Assembly: GCA_002269645.1 (NCBI GenBank) | Contig: NIVC01003166.1 | Coordinates: 75,859 to 139,858 of the forward strand | DNA from: Macrostomum lignano | Lineage: Eukaryota | Reading direction: 5' to 3' | DNA: 64,000 bases | Part shown: positions 11,028 through 22,900 of the stretch, in pieces | How the letters are laid out: every line of letters starts with the position of its first letter | Numbering within the stretch: the stretch's first letter is position 1 | The notes under the pieces: generated by a model | Databases searched by the model: none | The model's input: the letters and a program-made list of their open reading frames with translations, nothing else | What the model was told of the DNA's origin: nothing | Made by a program: the position numbers and the translations under genes

Positions 11028-12825
11028 GGAAGGCAGGCAGGCAGACAGACAGACAGACAGACAGACAGGCAGGCAGACAGACAGGCAGACAGACAGACAG
11101 ACTGGCAGACAGACAGACAGACAGACAGACACAGACGGACAGGCCGCACCCCTCCCCAGCCCGCAGCAGTCCCCAAACGAGCTGGCAGCCCTAGAGGCGG
11201 CCAGCCGCAGCATCCTGGAGGTGGTTAACGGCACCCTGAGCCGGGTGAGCCTGGCCGCTAACCCGCACCTGGTGTACACCATGCTGCACCAGCGAGCCGC
11301 TCTGTTCAACAAGCGACTGCTGCAGAACCGCACAGAGCTGGCTGAGCTGGCGGCAAACCTGCTGACGGTGTCGCAGCACTTCGCCGCCGCTGTGGCGAGA
11401 GACTCGGCGGCCGGGTCAGCGGCAGCTCAGCAGCAGCAGCAGGCGGCGGATGGTGGCGAACTTGCCGCCCTGCCGCCGCCTTCGCAACTGTCCGAGGCTC
11501 GGATTATGCAGGTGAGAGGGAGAGCTCTGGTTTATTATGATGATGTGGGCACTCAAAAGTCGGTGGATTATGTTCAGGCTTTATGTTTCGGTATTGCATT
11601 TTACGATCCCTCCTCTAATTGGCGTCGGTCAGTGTAATTAGTCACTGAGTTGAATTTTAGTCTGGGAAATCTTAGTTGTTGATACCGATATCCTAATTAG
11701 GAAAAAAACTCACGCTAGAGAAATCCCAGTTAAAGCAAACCCCAGTAATGGAAATCACAGCTAGGAAAATCCCAGTTAGGGAAATGTCGTTTAGAAGAAC
11801 CACAGTTAAGGAAATCAGTTTTTTAATGAAATCCCGGATAGGTAACTTATAGTTAGGAAATTCCCGTTATGGATTTCCCAGTTAGGGAAATCCCAGTCAG
11901 GGAAACCCCAGTTATAGATATCCCAGTTAGGGAAACCCCATTGTTGTAAATTTCAGATTCGTAACTCCCAGTCAGGGAAATCCCATTGTTGTAAATCTCA
12001 GATAGGTAACTCCCAATACGAAAATTCTCGTTATGGAAATCCCAGTTCTGGAAATTACAGTTAGGGAAATCCCAATCAGGGAAATCCCAGTTAGGGAAAT
12101 CCCAGTTAGGGAAATCCCAGTTAGGGAAATCCCAGTTAGGGAAATCCCAGTTAGTGAAATCCCATTGTAAATTTCAGATTCGTAACTCCCAGTTAGGGAA
12201 ATCGCAGTTAGGGAAATTCCAATTAGGTAAATCCTTTTAGGGAAATTCCATTCAGAGAAACCCATCTAAAGAAATCATATTTAAGGAAATCCCAGTTAGA
12301 AAAATCCTTTTTAGGGGAATCATATTTGTAACAGTTCCAGTTGTTTGCGACATTTGAAATTATTGATAAAAAAGCATGGGTGCAAATGCTAGCTTAAAAC
12401 CTTGCTTCAATCGCCTCACCAATTCGCAGGTAATCTCCTCAAGCTGCGCCAGCTTCAAACGCGAACGACTCCGCCAGTTCCCGGAGCCACGATTTAAATA
12501 CGTTGAAGAGGCCAAGCCGGACGATTTTTTTGTGCCTTACATCTGGGCTCTGGTCTACAAGCACTCGGGACTGTACTTTAACCCCGCTAGAATCACCTTA
12601 TTGAAGCCGGCGGCGTCTGCTGCTTCTGCTTCCGCGTCTGCTTCCGCGTCTGCTTCCGCGCCTGCTTCCGCGCCTGCTTCTGCGTCTGCTTCCGCGTCTG
12701 CTTCTGCGTCTGCTTCCGCCGCCCGGTCTGGGACAGCAGCAACAACAGCAGTAGCAAAAGCAGCCAAAGCCGCCACTTCCGCCTCAGTTGTTGCTTCCGC
12801 TCCAATGGAAACCACTGTTGTTTAA
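5518..12825 (+). CDS. DYM: Dymeclin, 6 exons, 832 aa, reading frame intact
   Basis: Exons 5518-5985, 6896-7333, 8474-8590, 8670-9397, 11160-11511, 12430-12825; all GT-AG with compatible phases, summing to 2499 nt. Dymeclin hallmarks: myristoylation-type start MGSN, FWxxLLS, NNxxSGNLxAL, ASLATGLW, NPHLVYxxL, and FPEPRFKYVEEAKPDDFFVPYIWALVY. Confidence 0.93.
6053..6828. repeat. 34-bp minisatellite (CTGACAAGAAATCCTGTCAGCTATAAACATCCTA) in DYM intron 1
   Basis: Period 34 (6061/6095); each unit has a CTGACA...TGTCAG inverted repeat. Confidence 0.96.
7400..8362. repeat. 41-bp minisatellite (GCTGTGCGCTGATTGGCTGCTGTATATCTGTGTCTTTTGTA) in DYM intron 2
   Basis: Period 41 (7441/7482); accounts for the minus-strand repetitive ORFs at 7259-8371. 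Confidence 0.96.
9440..11141. repeat. (GACA)n compound microsatellite in DYM intron 4
   Basis: About 1.7 kb of GACA/GGCA units; source of the long QTDR and LSVC pseudo-ORFs. Confidence 0.97.
11720..12320. repeat. Degenerate 15-bp minisatellite (GGGAAATCCCAGTTA) in DYM intron 5
   Basis: Near-perfect units at about 12060-12165, degenerate flanks. Confidence 0.9.
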
Positions 12826-12944
12826 ATTTTTATAGGAAATGTTATGGTAAACAAATTAGTAAGACTGACCCGTACAATGAAACTGGCTAATTGATGATAG
12901 TAATGTTTTTTGTCAACGTTGGTTTTGGTCAAAACTGACTGTAC

Positions 12945-13760
12945 TCAAGTGTACACAGACATGTTTAGCTTCAGTATCTAGTACAGGTGTACACATTTAG
13001 CTTCAGTATCTAGTACAGGTGTACACATTTAGCTTCAGTATCTAGTACAGGTGTACACATTTAGCTTCAGTATCTAGTACAGGTGTACACATTTAGCTTC
13101 AGTATCTAGTACAGGTGTACACATTTAGCTTCAGTATCTAGTACAGGTGTACACATTTAGCTTCAGTATCTAGTACAGGTGTACACTGACATTTTTAGCT
13201 TCAGTATCTAGTACAGGTGTACACATTTAGCTTCAGGATCTAGTACAGGTGTACACATTTAGCTTCAGTATCTAGTACAGGTGTACACATTTAGCTTCAG
13301 TATCTAGTACAGGTGTACACATTTAACTTCAGTATCTAGTGCAGGTGTACACTGACATGTTCAGCTTCAGTATCTAGTACAGGTGTACACATTTAGCTTC
13401 AGTATCTAGTACAGGTGTACACTGACATGTTCAGCTTCAGTATCTAGTACAGGTGTACACTGACATGTTCAGCTTCAGTATCTAGTACAGGTGTACACTG
13501 ACATGTTCAGCTTCAGTATCTAGTACAGGTGTACACTGACATGTTCAGCTTCAGTATCTAGTACAGGTGTACACTGACATGTTCAGCTTCGGTATCTAGT
13601 ACAGGTGTACACATTTAGCTTCAGTATCTAGTACAGGTGTACACTGACATGTTCAGCTTCAGTATCTAGTACAGGTGTACACTGACATGTTCAGCTTCAG
13701 TATCTAGTACAGGTGTACACTGACATGTTCAGCTTCAGTATCTAGTACAGGTGTACACAG
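12945..13760. repeat. 32/38-bp minisatellite (TTTAGCTTCAGTATCTAGTACAGGTGTACACA)
   Basis: Period 32 (12964/12996); a longer variant containing CTGACATG dominates the 3' half. Confidence 0.96.
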
Positions 13761-14169
13761 ATGCGCTGATTTTCTCCACATTAGTGTACACGTGTGTAAA
13801 ATAAGTTGAACATCAAAAAATCCATTCCTTTATATTATTTGATTTGCAGATATAATTTCGCTGCAGTTTCCATTTGTTTATTTACATTTATTGCTTTATT
13901 ATCAGCTAGCTTTTTTGCAGAGCATTACCTGATTGAGACAGCAAATCTTGCTTTACAATTATTTATGTTTATTTTCATTATCCATTGTTAAATATTTGCT
14001 ATTTATCACCTTATATCTCTTGATGTTTTCTGGTGATAGGTGAGCTATAAAACTAATATATTACTCATTCACGTATATTCTATCAGCGAGTTTCTGGCTA
14101 CTACTGTGAGTAGGATTTTGTATGTTTTCATTATTCATCGGTTTTTTATTTAGGCTTTGTGAACTGTTT

Positions 14170-14995
14170 TGTAGGTTGTTATTGCAGTTTCCGATTATCT
14201 ATTGTCGATTGTAATGCATTGTGAGTTGTTGGTTTTGTCCATTGGGAGTTGTGGCTTTTGTGGATTGTGAGTTGCTGGTTTTGTCCATTGGGAAATGTGG
14301 CTTTTGTGGATTGTGAGTTGTGGGTTTTGTCCATTGGGAGTTGTGGCTTTTGTGGATTGTGAGTTGCTGGTTTTGTCCATTGGGAGTTGTGGCTTTTGTG
14401 GATTGTGAGTTGCGGGTTTTGTCCATTGGGAGTTGTGGCTTTTGTGGATTGTGAGTTGTTGGTTTTGTCCATTGGGAGTTGTGGCTTTTGTGGATTTTAA
14501 GTTGTGGGTTTTGAGGATTTTAAGTTGTGGGTTTTGAGGATTGTGAGTTGTGGGTTTTGAGGATTGGGAGTTGTGGGTTTTGAGGTTTGGGAGTTGTGGG
14601 TTTTGTGGTTTGGGAGTTGTGGGTTTTGAGGTTTGGGAGTTGTGGGTTTTGTGGATTGTGAGTTGTGGGTTTTGTGGTTTGGGAGTTGTGGGTTTTGTCC
14701 ATTGGGAGTTGTTGGTTTTGTCCATTGGGAGTTGTGGCTTTTGTGGATTGTGAGTTGTTGGTTTTGTCCATTGGGAGTTGTGACTTTTGTGGATTTTGAG
14801 TTGTGGGTTTTGAGGATTGGGAGTTGTGGGTTTTGAGGTTTGGGAGTTGTGGGTTTTGTGGTTTGGGAGTTGTGGGTTTTGAGGTTTGGGAGTTGTGGGT
14901 TTTGAGGTTTGGGAGTTGTGGGTTTTGAGGTTTGGGAGTTGTGGGTTTTGTGGTTTGGGAGTTGTGGGTTTTGTGGTTTGGGAGTTGTGGATTCG
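14170..14995. repeat. 23-bp G/T-rich minisatellite (GGGAGTTGTGGGTTTTGAGGTTT and variants)
   Basis: Direct reading; accounts for ORFs at 14179-15016. Confidence 0.93.
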
Positions 14996-15344
14996 TGGAA
15001 TTTGAGAACTTAACAATCAAATTTGTTTTACTATGAAATGTTTCAATGGTTTCAATTTGTGCCTTAGCCTCCATTTTTGATCCAAAATAAAGCATTAACA
15101 AAGTTTTCACGGTTTTCTTGTTGCAAAAATTACCTAACATTATTCTTTTTGCCTCATTAGATTTAGCGAATTCACCTTCGGACATTAACGACTTTTGTTG
15201 AAGTTTTCAATTTTTATTCTGAAATTTCGCACCTGAAAAAAATAAATAAACTGTTTAATTGCTGACCAGCAGCGTCGCTTCTGTTGAAGCCGTTTCATTT
15301 TTTCGTATGAAAAACTGTGGGTTTTTTTGCTTTTTATTGCTACA

Positions 15345-15995
15345 GGTTAGGGTCAGGTTTGGGTTAGATTAGGGTAGGGTTTAAGGCATTTTAGGTTCAG
15401 GGTTAAGGTCAGGTTTGTTTTAGGGTTTAGGTCTGGTTAGGTTTAGGGTTTAGGTCAGGTTAGGTTTAGGGTTTAGATCAGATTAGGTTTATGGTTTAGG
15501 TCAAATAATGTTTCGGGTTTAGGAAAGGTTAGGTTTAGGGTTTAGGTTAGGTTTAGGGTTTAGGTTAGGTTAGGTTTAGGGTTTAGGGTCTAGCTCAGGT
15601 AAGGCTTAGGGTTTAGGTCAGGTTAGGTTTATGGTTTAGGTCAGGTTAGGTTTAGAGTTTAGGTCTGCTTAGGTTTAGGGTTTAGGTCAGGTTAGGTTTA
15701 GGGTTTAGGTCAGGTTAGGTTTAGGGTTTCGGCCTGGTTAGGTTTAGGGTTTAGGTCAGGTTAGGTTTACGGCTTAGGTCAGGTTAGGTTTAGGGTTTAG
15801 GTCAGGTTAGGTTTAGGGTTTAGGTCAGGTTAGGTTTGGGGTGTAGGTCAGGTTAGGTTTAGGGTTTAGGTCAGGTTAGGTTTAGGGTTTAGGTCAGGTT
15901 AGGTTTAGGGTTTAAGTCAGGTTAGGTTTACGGCTTAGGTCAGGTTAGGTTTAGGGTTTAGGTCAGGTTAGGTTTAGGGTTTAGGTCAGGTTAGA
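15345..15995. repeat. Telomere-like 23-bp repeat (GGTTTAGGGTTTAGGTCAGGTTA), interstitial
   Basis: Built from TTTAGGG, TTAGG and TCAGG sub-motifs; the 5' part is degenerate. Confidence 0.9.
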
Positions 15996-17610
15996 GTTTG
16001 CATTGAATTAGTACGCACTTGAAGTCTTGGCTAGCAAAGGTCGCAGCCCCAACCAAAATATTCATGTAGTGCAGTCCCAGAGCAACTACTTTTTCAGGCA
16101 TGAGGTGCTTGGGTGAGTATCTGTATTCCCTTGGCCCTAATTAATTATTAACTGGTTTGTTAGATTAGATATATAGAGTGGCCCACTTCGTGGATATTGT
16201 TCGCCTTTATCTAAGGCACTAATGCATTATGGATAGTAGTTAGTGCCAGTGGTGGGTAGGCGTGACAGACAAGACAGCTCTTGCTGCTTTTGTTTTTGGT
16301 TGTTTAGCCTTCTTCTGACAGCTTTGCAGTTACTTCTGCTGGGCGGGCGGCTTCTCGGTCTGGTGCGAGATGTAATGCTGTAAAGCATTAGTGGCGCATG
16401 CTGAATTCCCTGCTGCTATTTTTCTGCTGTCGTGGGCTGAATTTGTTTTCATCTCGTCAGCCTGAAATATCCCGCAGTTTGCCATCCGTCCCTGTCTCTG
16501 CGTTTGCCCTCCGACTTGCTTTTTGCGTGTAATCTGTTTTCCCTTCTAGTTCCCTCTTCTCACTGCCTGCTCTTCCTCTCAACCTTCTCCACCTTTTCAC
16601 CCTCTACCCTCCCACATCTCTACCCTTTCCCTATCTACCTTCTCCTCTCTCTGCCAATCTTGTCTCCACCGTCTCCCCTCTAGCCTCTCCTTTACTTTCT
16701 TCCCTCAACCTTGACCCTTCAAGCCTAATCCTCTACCATCTTATCTCTACTTCCCGGCCCCTATCTACTGTCTATTCTTTCATCGCTCTCGCTCTTCCTA
16801 ATTCTTTCATTTTCCAGCCTGTCTCATTTTTAATTATGCATTGTATCAGTCTGTTGAAGCAATTGCAGAATCTCTTGATCCATTTATAAGTCACGGCTGC
16901 ATCAGATATTCAACAGGCTTATTTATTGCCCAAGTCGCATCGGGACAAGCAGCTTACGTATCTTGTATCCTTACGAATTTAGTCCCGCATTTTCTCAATT
17001 TCTCAGTTCGTGACGATTTTGTAGCAGAGGGCCCCGGATACTGTTCCCCGATTGCGCTCTCAACGGCTCTCGAGGATTAGATGACTCTCCCCGACTGTTA
17101 ATGGAGCAAGGCTTATTTTATGCTCGGCAAGAAGTTTATAATTGCGCAGTCACGAGAGAAGCATTTTAAGTGCCTAAATATACACAGCAAAGAGAAGATC
17201 GGCTCAGTACTAATGCATTAGGCTGCGACCCCATTAATATTCAGTCAAGAATTGTGCGCGCGCGCGCGCTTCAGATTCGCATGGGTGAAGCGCGATCTTA
17301 ATCTCTTTCTGTATTCCCTATTTGCACACGGAATCCACCATGCGCTGGACTGAGCCGAAGACTCCCCGAGTCAATAACTGGAGTACTTGTAGCAACTCAC
17401 TCACCAAAATGCATTTCTGCGGATCATCTCTTAGTTAGAAGATACTTATAGTCAGGCGAGGGGCTGTGTGCACCCTGGCGTACTTTAAGCGACATTGTCA
17501 CACAATCGGTGAGAGGGATTACTGCCCATTCTGCCGACTCCCCTGAGCAGGCATACAAGCTATGCACAATCGCACACTTACACTTACGGCCCTAACGTTA
17601 AACAACACGA

Positions 17611-17708
17611 GCAGAGCCAGGCTGAGATTCCAATTTATCCCCAAACTAATCTGACTGCACTTGGAATCGAGCCTGGGCCGCTGACACATCAGCGCGCTGG
17701 GCTATTAG
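17611..17708 (-). mobile_element. tRNA-derived SINE-like repeat, copy B
   Basis: Homologous to 5195-5307; B-box-like GGCTCGATTCC on the minus strand. Confidence 0.5.
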
Positions 17709-18354
17709 AACTTCAAGACTTCTATCAATTGTCGAATGTGAGTAATCTGTAAAGCATGGAGTCTGCAGATGACCTGCAACTTCTGTGGGTCATAGAGGCT
17801 CGGAACTGTAAAGGCTTGTAAACTAACTATAGGCTTGTAAAAGACGCTTCCAATCCAGATTCTACTTTAAGGAGGCCTTGACAGGGACAGCTGGGAGCAG
17901 CGTATCTAACGAATTCCGTTCCCTGATTTGCCGTCCCTCCCCGTTTCTACTTTCGTCTCCCTCCAACCCTCGCCCACCCCTCCCACAGCCGTCCAGATGC
18001 AGATATAAAATCCCTTGGAGAGAGAGATATATCATCAATTCAGAAAGCATTCTTCTTTATTTTCTTCCCATTTCCTTCATCATTTCCCAGTATATAACAG
18101 CTAAAGGAATCTTATAGTTTAGCAACCCGTATCCATATATTTATCCATATTTAGCCAATGAAATATATCAGCGTCTATTTAACCAAAATTCTTCGTAGAA
18201 GCAGGTGGCTGAATTAAAGATTCAACTATTTTCATTAAATTGTGCGCCTTTAAAGGTGAGGAAATATTGAGGTTTTTTCTAGCACTTGCTTCGTCAAGTT
18301 TTTCATTTGCTGCTTAGCTCTCATTTAAGTATTCAAAGTAACAACAGAGACGTT

Positions 18355-18645
18355 AAGGGAGAGGAGATAGAAATGAAAGAGGGGAAAGAGAGATAGAGAT
18401 GAGAGAGGAGAGAGATGAGATACCTTAAGAGAGGGGAGAGAGAGGGATAGAGATGAGAAAGGGGGAGAGAGATGAGACAGGGGAAGAGAGATGAGACAGG
18501 GGAAGAGAGATGAGACAGGGGGAGAGAGATGAGACAGTGGGAGAGAGGGATAGAGATAAAACAGGAGAGAGAGGGATAGAGATGAGACAGGGGGGGGGAG
18601 CGACAGAGATGAGACACAGGAGAGAGAGAGAGAGGGATAGAGGAT
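18355..18645. repeat. GA-rich low-complexity repeat (GAGATGAGACAGGGG-like)
   Basis: Direct reading. Confidence 0.85.
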
Positions 18646-19627
18646 GAATAACAAAAAACAACTCGAAATGAATATCTAGATATCCGCACCAATCCATTCT
18701 GAGCACTGCAAATTTCTCTAGTGTGGTATTCAATCCAATCAAGGATTGCCATAATTAATCTGGGAATTGCATATTTCCCAACGGGTGTAATCTGATCCTA
18801 GACAAAAAAAAATAATCAAAGCGGGAAAAACTGATTGAATCTATAAGCGTCGGACGCACGACGAAATCCTTGAATCTGATTTGTACTTTTAAGAATTTGG
18901 ATAGTAAGATAAAAAATAGTCTTGTTCTCGAAAATAATTATAAAATTGGCTTACAATCACAGTTTCAGCAAGAATTTTTTTACAAGAGATGCTTATATGT
19001 TAAGACAATTAGGAAATTCACGCCACATTGCGTGCTCTGAGACTCGCTCTATCTGTGTAGGATATTTGGGGTGGGACAGGCCGATGTCGGCAATCTATGC
19101 TCTACTCTGTCTACATTTTTGTAGAACTGTAATACGAGTATATGCAATTCTAAAAATAGCCTTGCCGAAATGCAATCGCTAAATCCCGGTGGCTAACTGC
19201 AGGGACGGACAGTACTGCGACTGTTGGGTTAGCAGTGTGAGATTCGTGGATCGATATAAGAAGAGTAGCATCTGGGGCAGTTGCATGGCATCTTCGCGCA
19301 CGCAGCATCCGCCCTGTCGCGCGCAAGAGAGAGAGAGAAAGAGAGAAGGGACAAGAATAGAGAATGGGTAAAAACCAAGCTTGGGATAGAATGTTGTGCA
19401 GAGTGGGAGGGAGGGAGAGAAGAGGCTTGGTGGTCTAGAATAGGAGTTTCGACAGTTTACATGTACCTGATTGCGTACTTTCATGCTCTAATGTTTCTTA
19501 GATGCAAGTGGCTCTCACTGATTATTTGCTTGTAACGATTTACGATTTACATTTTTACTTTGTTTTGACCGATTCGAACCGCTAAGTTACCCAAATCCCA
19601 TGCCAGTGAATTTTGAAAACAAACTTT

Positions 19628-19840
19628 TCACCAACCCCCCACACAGCCAGTTCAGACCCCTCACTATCGCACCAACCCCCCACAAAACCAGTTCAGACCC
19701 CTCACTATCGCACCAACCCCCCACACAGCCAGTTCAGACCCCTCACTATCGCACCAACCCCCCACACAGCCAGTTCAGACCCCTCACTATCGCACCAACC
19801 CCCCACAGCCAGTTCAGACCCCTCACTATCGCACCAACTA
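19628..19840. repeat. 41-bp tandem repeat, about 5 copies (ACCAACCCCCCACACAGCCAGTTCAGACCCCTCACTATCGC)
   Basis: Direct reading; ends about 80 nt upstream of the ATG at 19918. Confidence 0.93.
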
Positions 19841-19917
19841 CCCGCAGCATTCTCCTACTCCAATCAACCAAACGTTGCTGCATCCGGCAGCCCTAGCCGG
19901 CCTGCACAATAGCCGGA

Positions 19918-22900
19918 ATGGGCAACCGAGCTAGCAGTGGTGTCGCAAATCGTCAGAATCACCATCGGGGTCGTCGGCGTCGCGGCGGCCACACCGGACC
20001 TCTAGGCGACACGACACCGGCTGACTGGCTGATGATGCTGAGTCTGCGCGGCAGCAGCGGCCTCCAAGCCTGCAACTGCGACCCGGACACCGCGGCGCTG
20101 ATGCAATCAGCTTTGGCTCAGAGCTACCGGCCCGGACTGAAGTGGTGCAATCACGATGGTCGACTGTGGACAGCGAAACTGCAGGGCCAGCCGTGGCACA
20201 GTCAGTGCCCCCGCGAGATCGACCAGATGGCTAAGCACGCTCTTAGTCAATTGTTGCAATCTTTATTTAGAGCCGGCTGGCGTCATCCAGTTGCTATGGA
20301 GACGTTGAGACGCTCGCAATTGTGCATCTGGTTATTGACGAAGCAATCGCCTCTGCCGGAGACTGAAGTGTTTTGCCTGGCGCCGAGCTGCTCTGATCGA
20401 CTTACTTTGCTGGGCAGACCGCCGCCTGGGGCGTACGATGCTGTGGTTGGGGCTGTGCAGCGGTGTTGGCCAAAGGGACTCAGACCTGCGGCTGCTGGGG
20501 CCCCCGGCTGCTCTCACGGTGGGTTGAGAGTGTGAGAGACGTTGTGATTTAGACTGTGGTAGAGTGAGGCTGTGGTAGAGTGAGGCTGTGGTAGAGTGAT
20601 GCTGTGGTAGAGTGAGGATGTGGTAGAGTGATGCTGTGGTAGAGTGATGCTGTGGTAGAGTGAGACTGGTAGAGTGAGGCTGTGGTAGAGTGAGGCTGTG
20701 GTAAAGTGAGGCTGTGGTAGAGTGAGGCTGTGGTAGAGTGAGACTGGTAGAGTGAGGCTGTGGTAGAGTGAGGCTGTGGTAGAGTGATGCTGTGGTAGAG
20801 TGAGACTGTGGTAGAGTGAGGCTGTGGTAGAGTGAGACTGTGGTAGATTGAGACTGTGGTAGAGTGAGGCTGTGGTAGAGTGAGGCTGTGGTGGACTAAG
20901 ACTGTGGTAGAGTGAGGCTGTGGTAGAGTGAGACTGTGGTAGAGTGAGGCTGTGGTAGAGTGAGGCTGTGGTGGACTAAGACTGTGGTAGAGTGAGGCTG
21001 TGGTAGAGTGAGGCTGTGGTGGACTAAGACTGTGGTAGAGTGAGGCTGTGGTGGACTAAGACTGTGGTAGAGTGAGGCTGTGGTAGGGTGAGGCTGTGGT
21101 GGACTAAGACTGTGGTAGAGTGAGGCTGTGGTAGAGTGAGGCTGTGGTAGAGTGAGACTGTGGTAGAGTGAGACTGTGGTAGAGTGAGGCTGTGGTAGAG
21201 TGAGACTGTGGTGGACTAAGACTGTGGTAGAGTGAGGCTGTGGTAGAGTGAGGCTGTGGTGGACTAAGACTGTGGTAGAGTGAGGCTGTGGTAGAGTGAG
21301 GCTGTGGTGGACTAAGACTGTGGTAGAGTGAGGCTGTGGTAGAGTGAGGCTGTGGTAGAGTGAGGCTGTGGTAGAGTGAGACTGTGGTAGATTGAGGCTG
21401 TGGTAGAGTGAGACTGTGGTAGATTGAGACTGTGGTAGAGTGAGGCTGTGGTAGAGTGAGGCTGTGATGGACTAAGACTGTGGTAGAGTGAGGCTGTGGT
21501 AGAGTGAGGCTGTGGTGGACTAAGACTGTGGTAGAGTGAGGCTGTGGTAGAGTGAGGCTGTGGTGGACTAAGACTGTGGTAGAGTGAGGCTGTGATAGAG
21601 TGAGGCTGTGGTGGACTAAGACTGTGGTAGAGTGAGGCTGTGGTAGAGTGAGGCTGTGGTGGACTAAGACTGTGGTAGAGTGAGGCTGTGGTGGACTAAG
21701 ACTGTGGTAGAGTGAGGCTGTGGTAGAGTGAGACTGTGGTAGAGTGAGGCTGTGGTAGAGTGAGACTGTGGTAGATTGAGACTGTGGTAGAGTGAGGCTG
21801 TGGTAGAGTGAGGCTGTGGTAGAGTGAGGCTGTGGTGGACTAAGACTGTGGTAGAGTGAGGCTGTGGTAGAGTGAGGCTGTGGTGGACTAAGACTGTGGT
21901 AGAGTGAGGCTGTGGTAGAGTGAGGCTGTGGTAGAGTGAGACTGTGGTAGAGTGAGACTGGTAGAGTGAGGCTGTGGTAGAGTGAGACTGTGGTAGATTG
22001 AGACTGTGGTAGAGTGAGGCTGTGGTAGAGTGAGGCTGTGGTGGACTAAGACTGTGGTAGAGTGAGGCTGTGGTAGAGTGAGGCTGTGGTGGACTAAGAC
22101 TGTGGTAGAGTGAGGCTGTGGTAGAGTGAGGCTGTGGTAGAGTGAGACTGTGGTAGATTGAGGCTGTGGTAGAGTGAGACTGTGGTAGATTGAGACTGTG
22201 GTAGAGTGAGGCTGTGGTAGAGTGAGGCTGTGGTGGACTAAGACTGTGGTAGAGTGAGGCTGTGGTAGAGTGAGGCTGTGGTGGACTAAGACTGTGGTAG
22301 AGTGAGGCTGTGGTAGAGTGAGGCTGTGGTAGAGTGAGACTGTGGTAGAGTGAGGCTGTGGTAGAGTGAGGCTGTGGTGGACTAAGACTGTGGTAGAGTG
22401 AGGCTGTGGTAGAGTGAGGCTGTGGTGGACTAAGACTGTGGTAGAGTGAGGCTGTGGTGGACTAAGACTGTGGTAGAGTGAGGCTGTGGTAGAGTGAGGC
22501 TGTGGTAGACTAAGACTGTGGTAGAGTGAGGCTGTGGTAGAGTGAGGCTGTGGTGGACTAAGACTCTGGTAGAGTGAGGCTGTGGTGGACTAAGACTGTG
22601 GTAGAGTGAGGCTGTGGTAGAGTGAGGCTGTGGTAGAGTGAGACTGTGCTATAGTAAGGCTGAGACAATGGTGAGGCATTTTGAGAAGCTGACAGTACAC
22701 TGTGGAATAGACAGACATGCACCTGCAACTTATAGAATAAATTGTTTTATGGAAGACGGCCGCACCGTGTGAAATTTCCCCTACTCAGACAATCAGCTCA
22801 ATGAGCAGCAGCAGGGAACTACCGAGCTGCGTCTTCGAGGTAATCCGTGGAACGCCTACGAACGCGAACTGCGTGACGCGTCGCAGTGTCTGGCCGCCTG

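Noticed and set aside
9416-11333. Very long ORFs (up to 631 aa) of LSVC/QTDR repeats
   Set aside because: A (GACA)n microsatellite lacking stops, inside DYM intron 4.
14520-15185. Minus-strand ORF starting MSEGEFAKSNEAKR
   Set aside because: Only about 60 non-repetitive residues before it enters the 23-bp array; no recognisable domain or partner exon.
16000-17600. Possible retroelement or coding remnant
   Set aside because: No frame on either strand gave a recognisable motif by hand; left unannotated.
19179-19330. GC-rich patch with Cys-rich translations on both strands
   Set aside because: Could be a small exon, but I could not link it to any gene with compatible splice sites.
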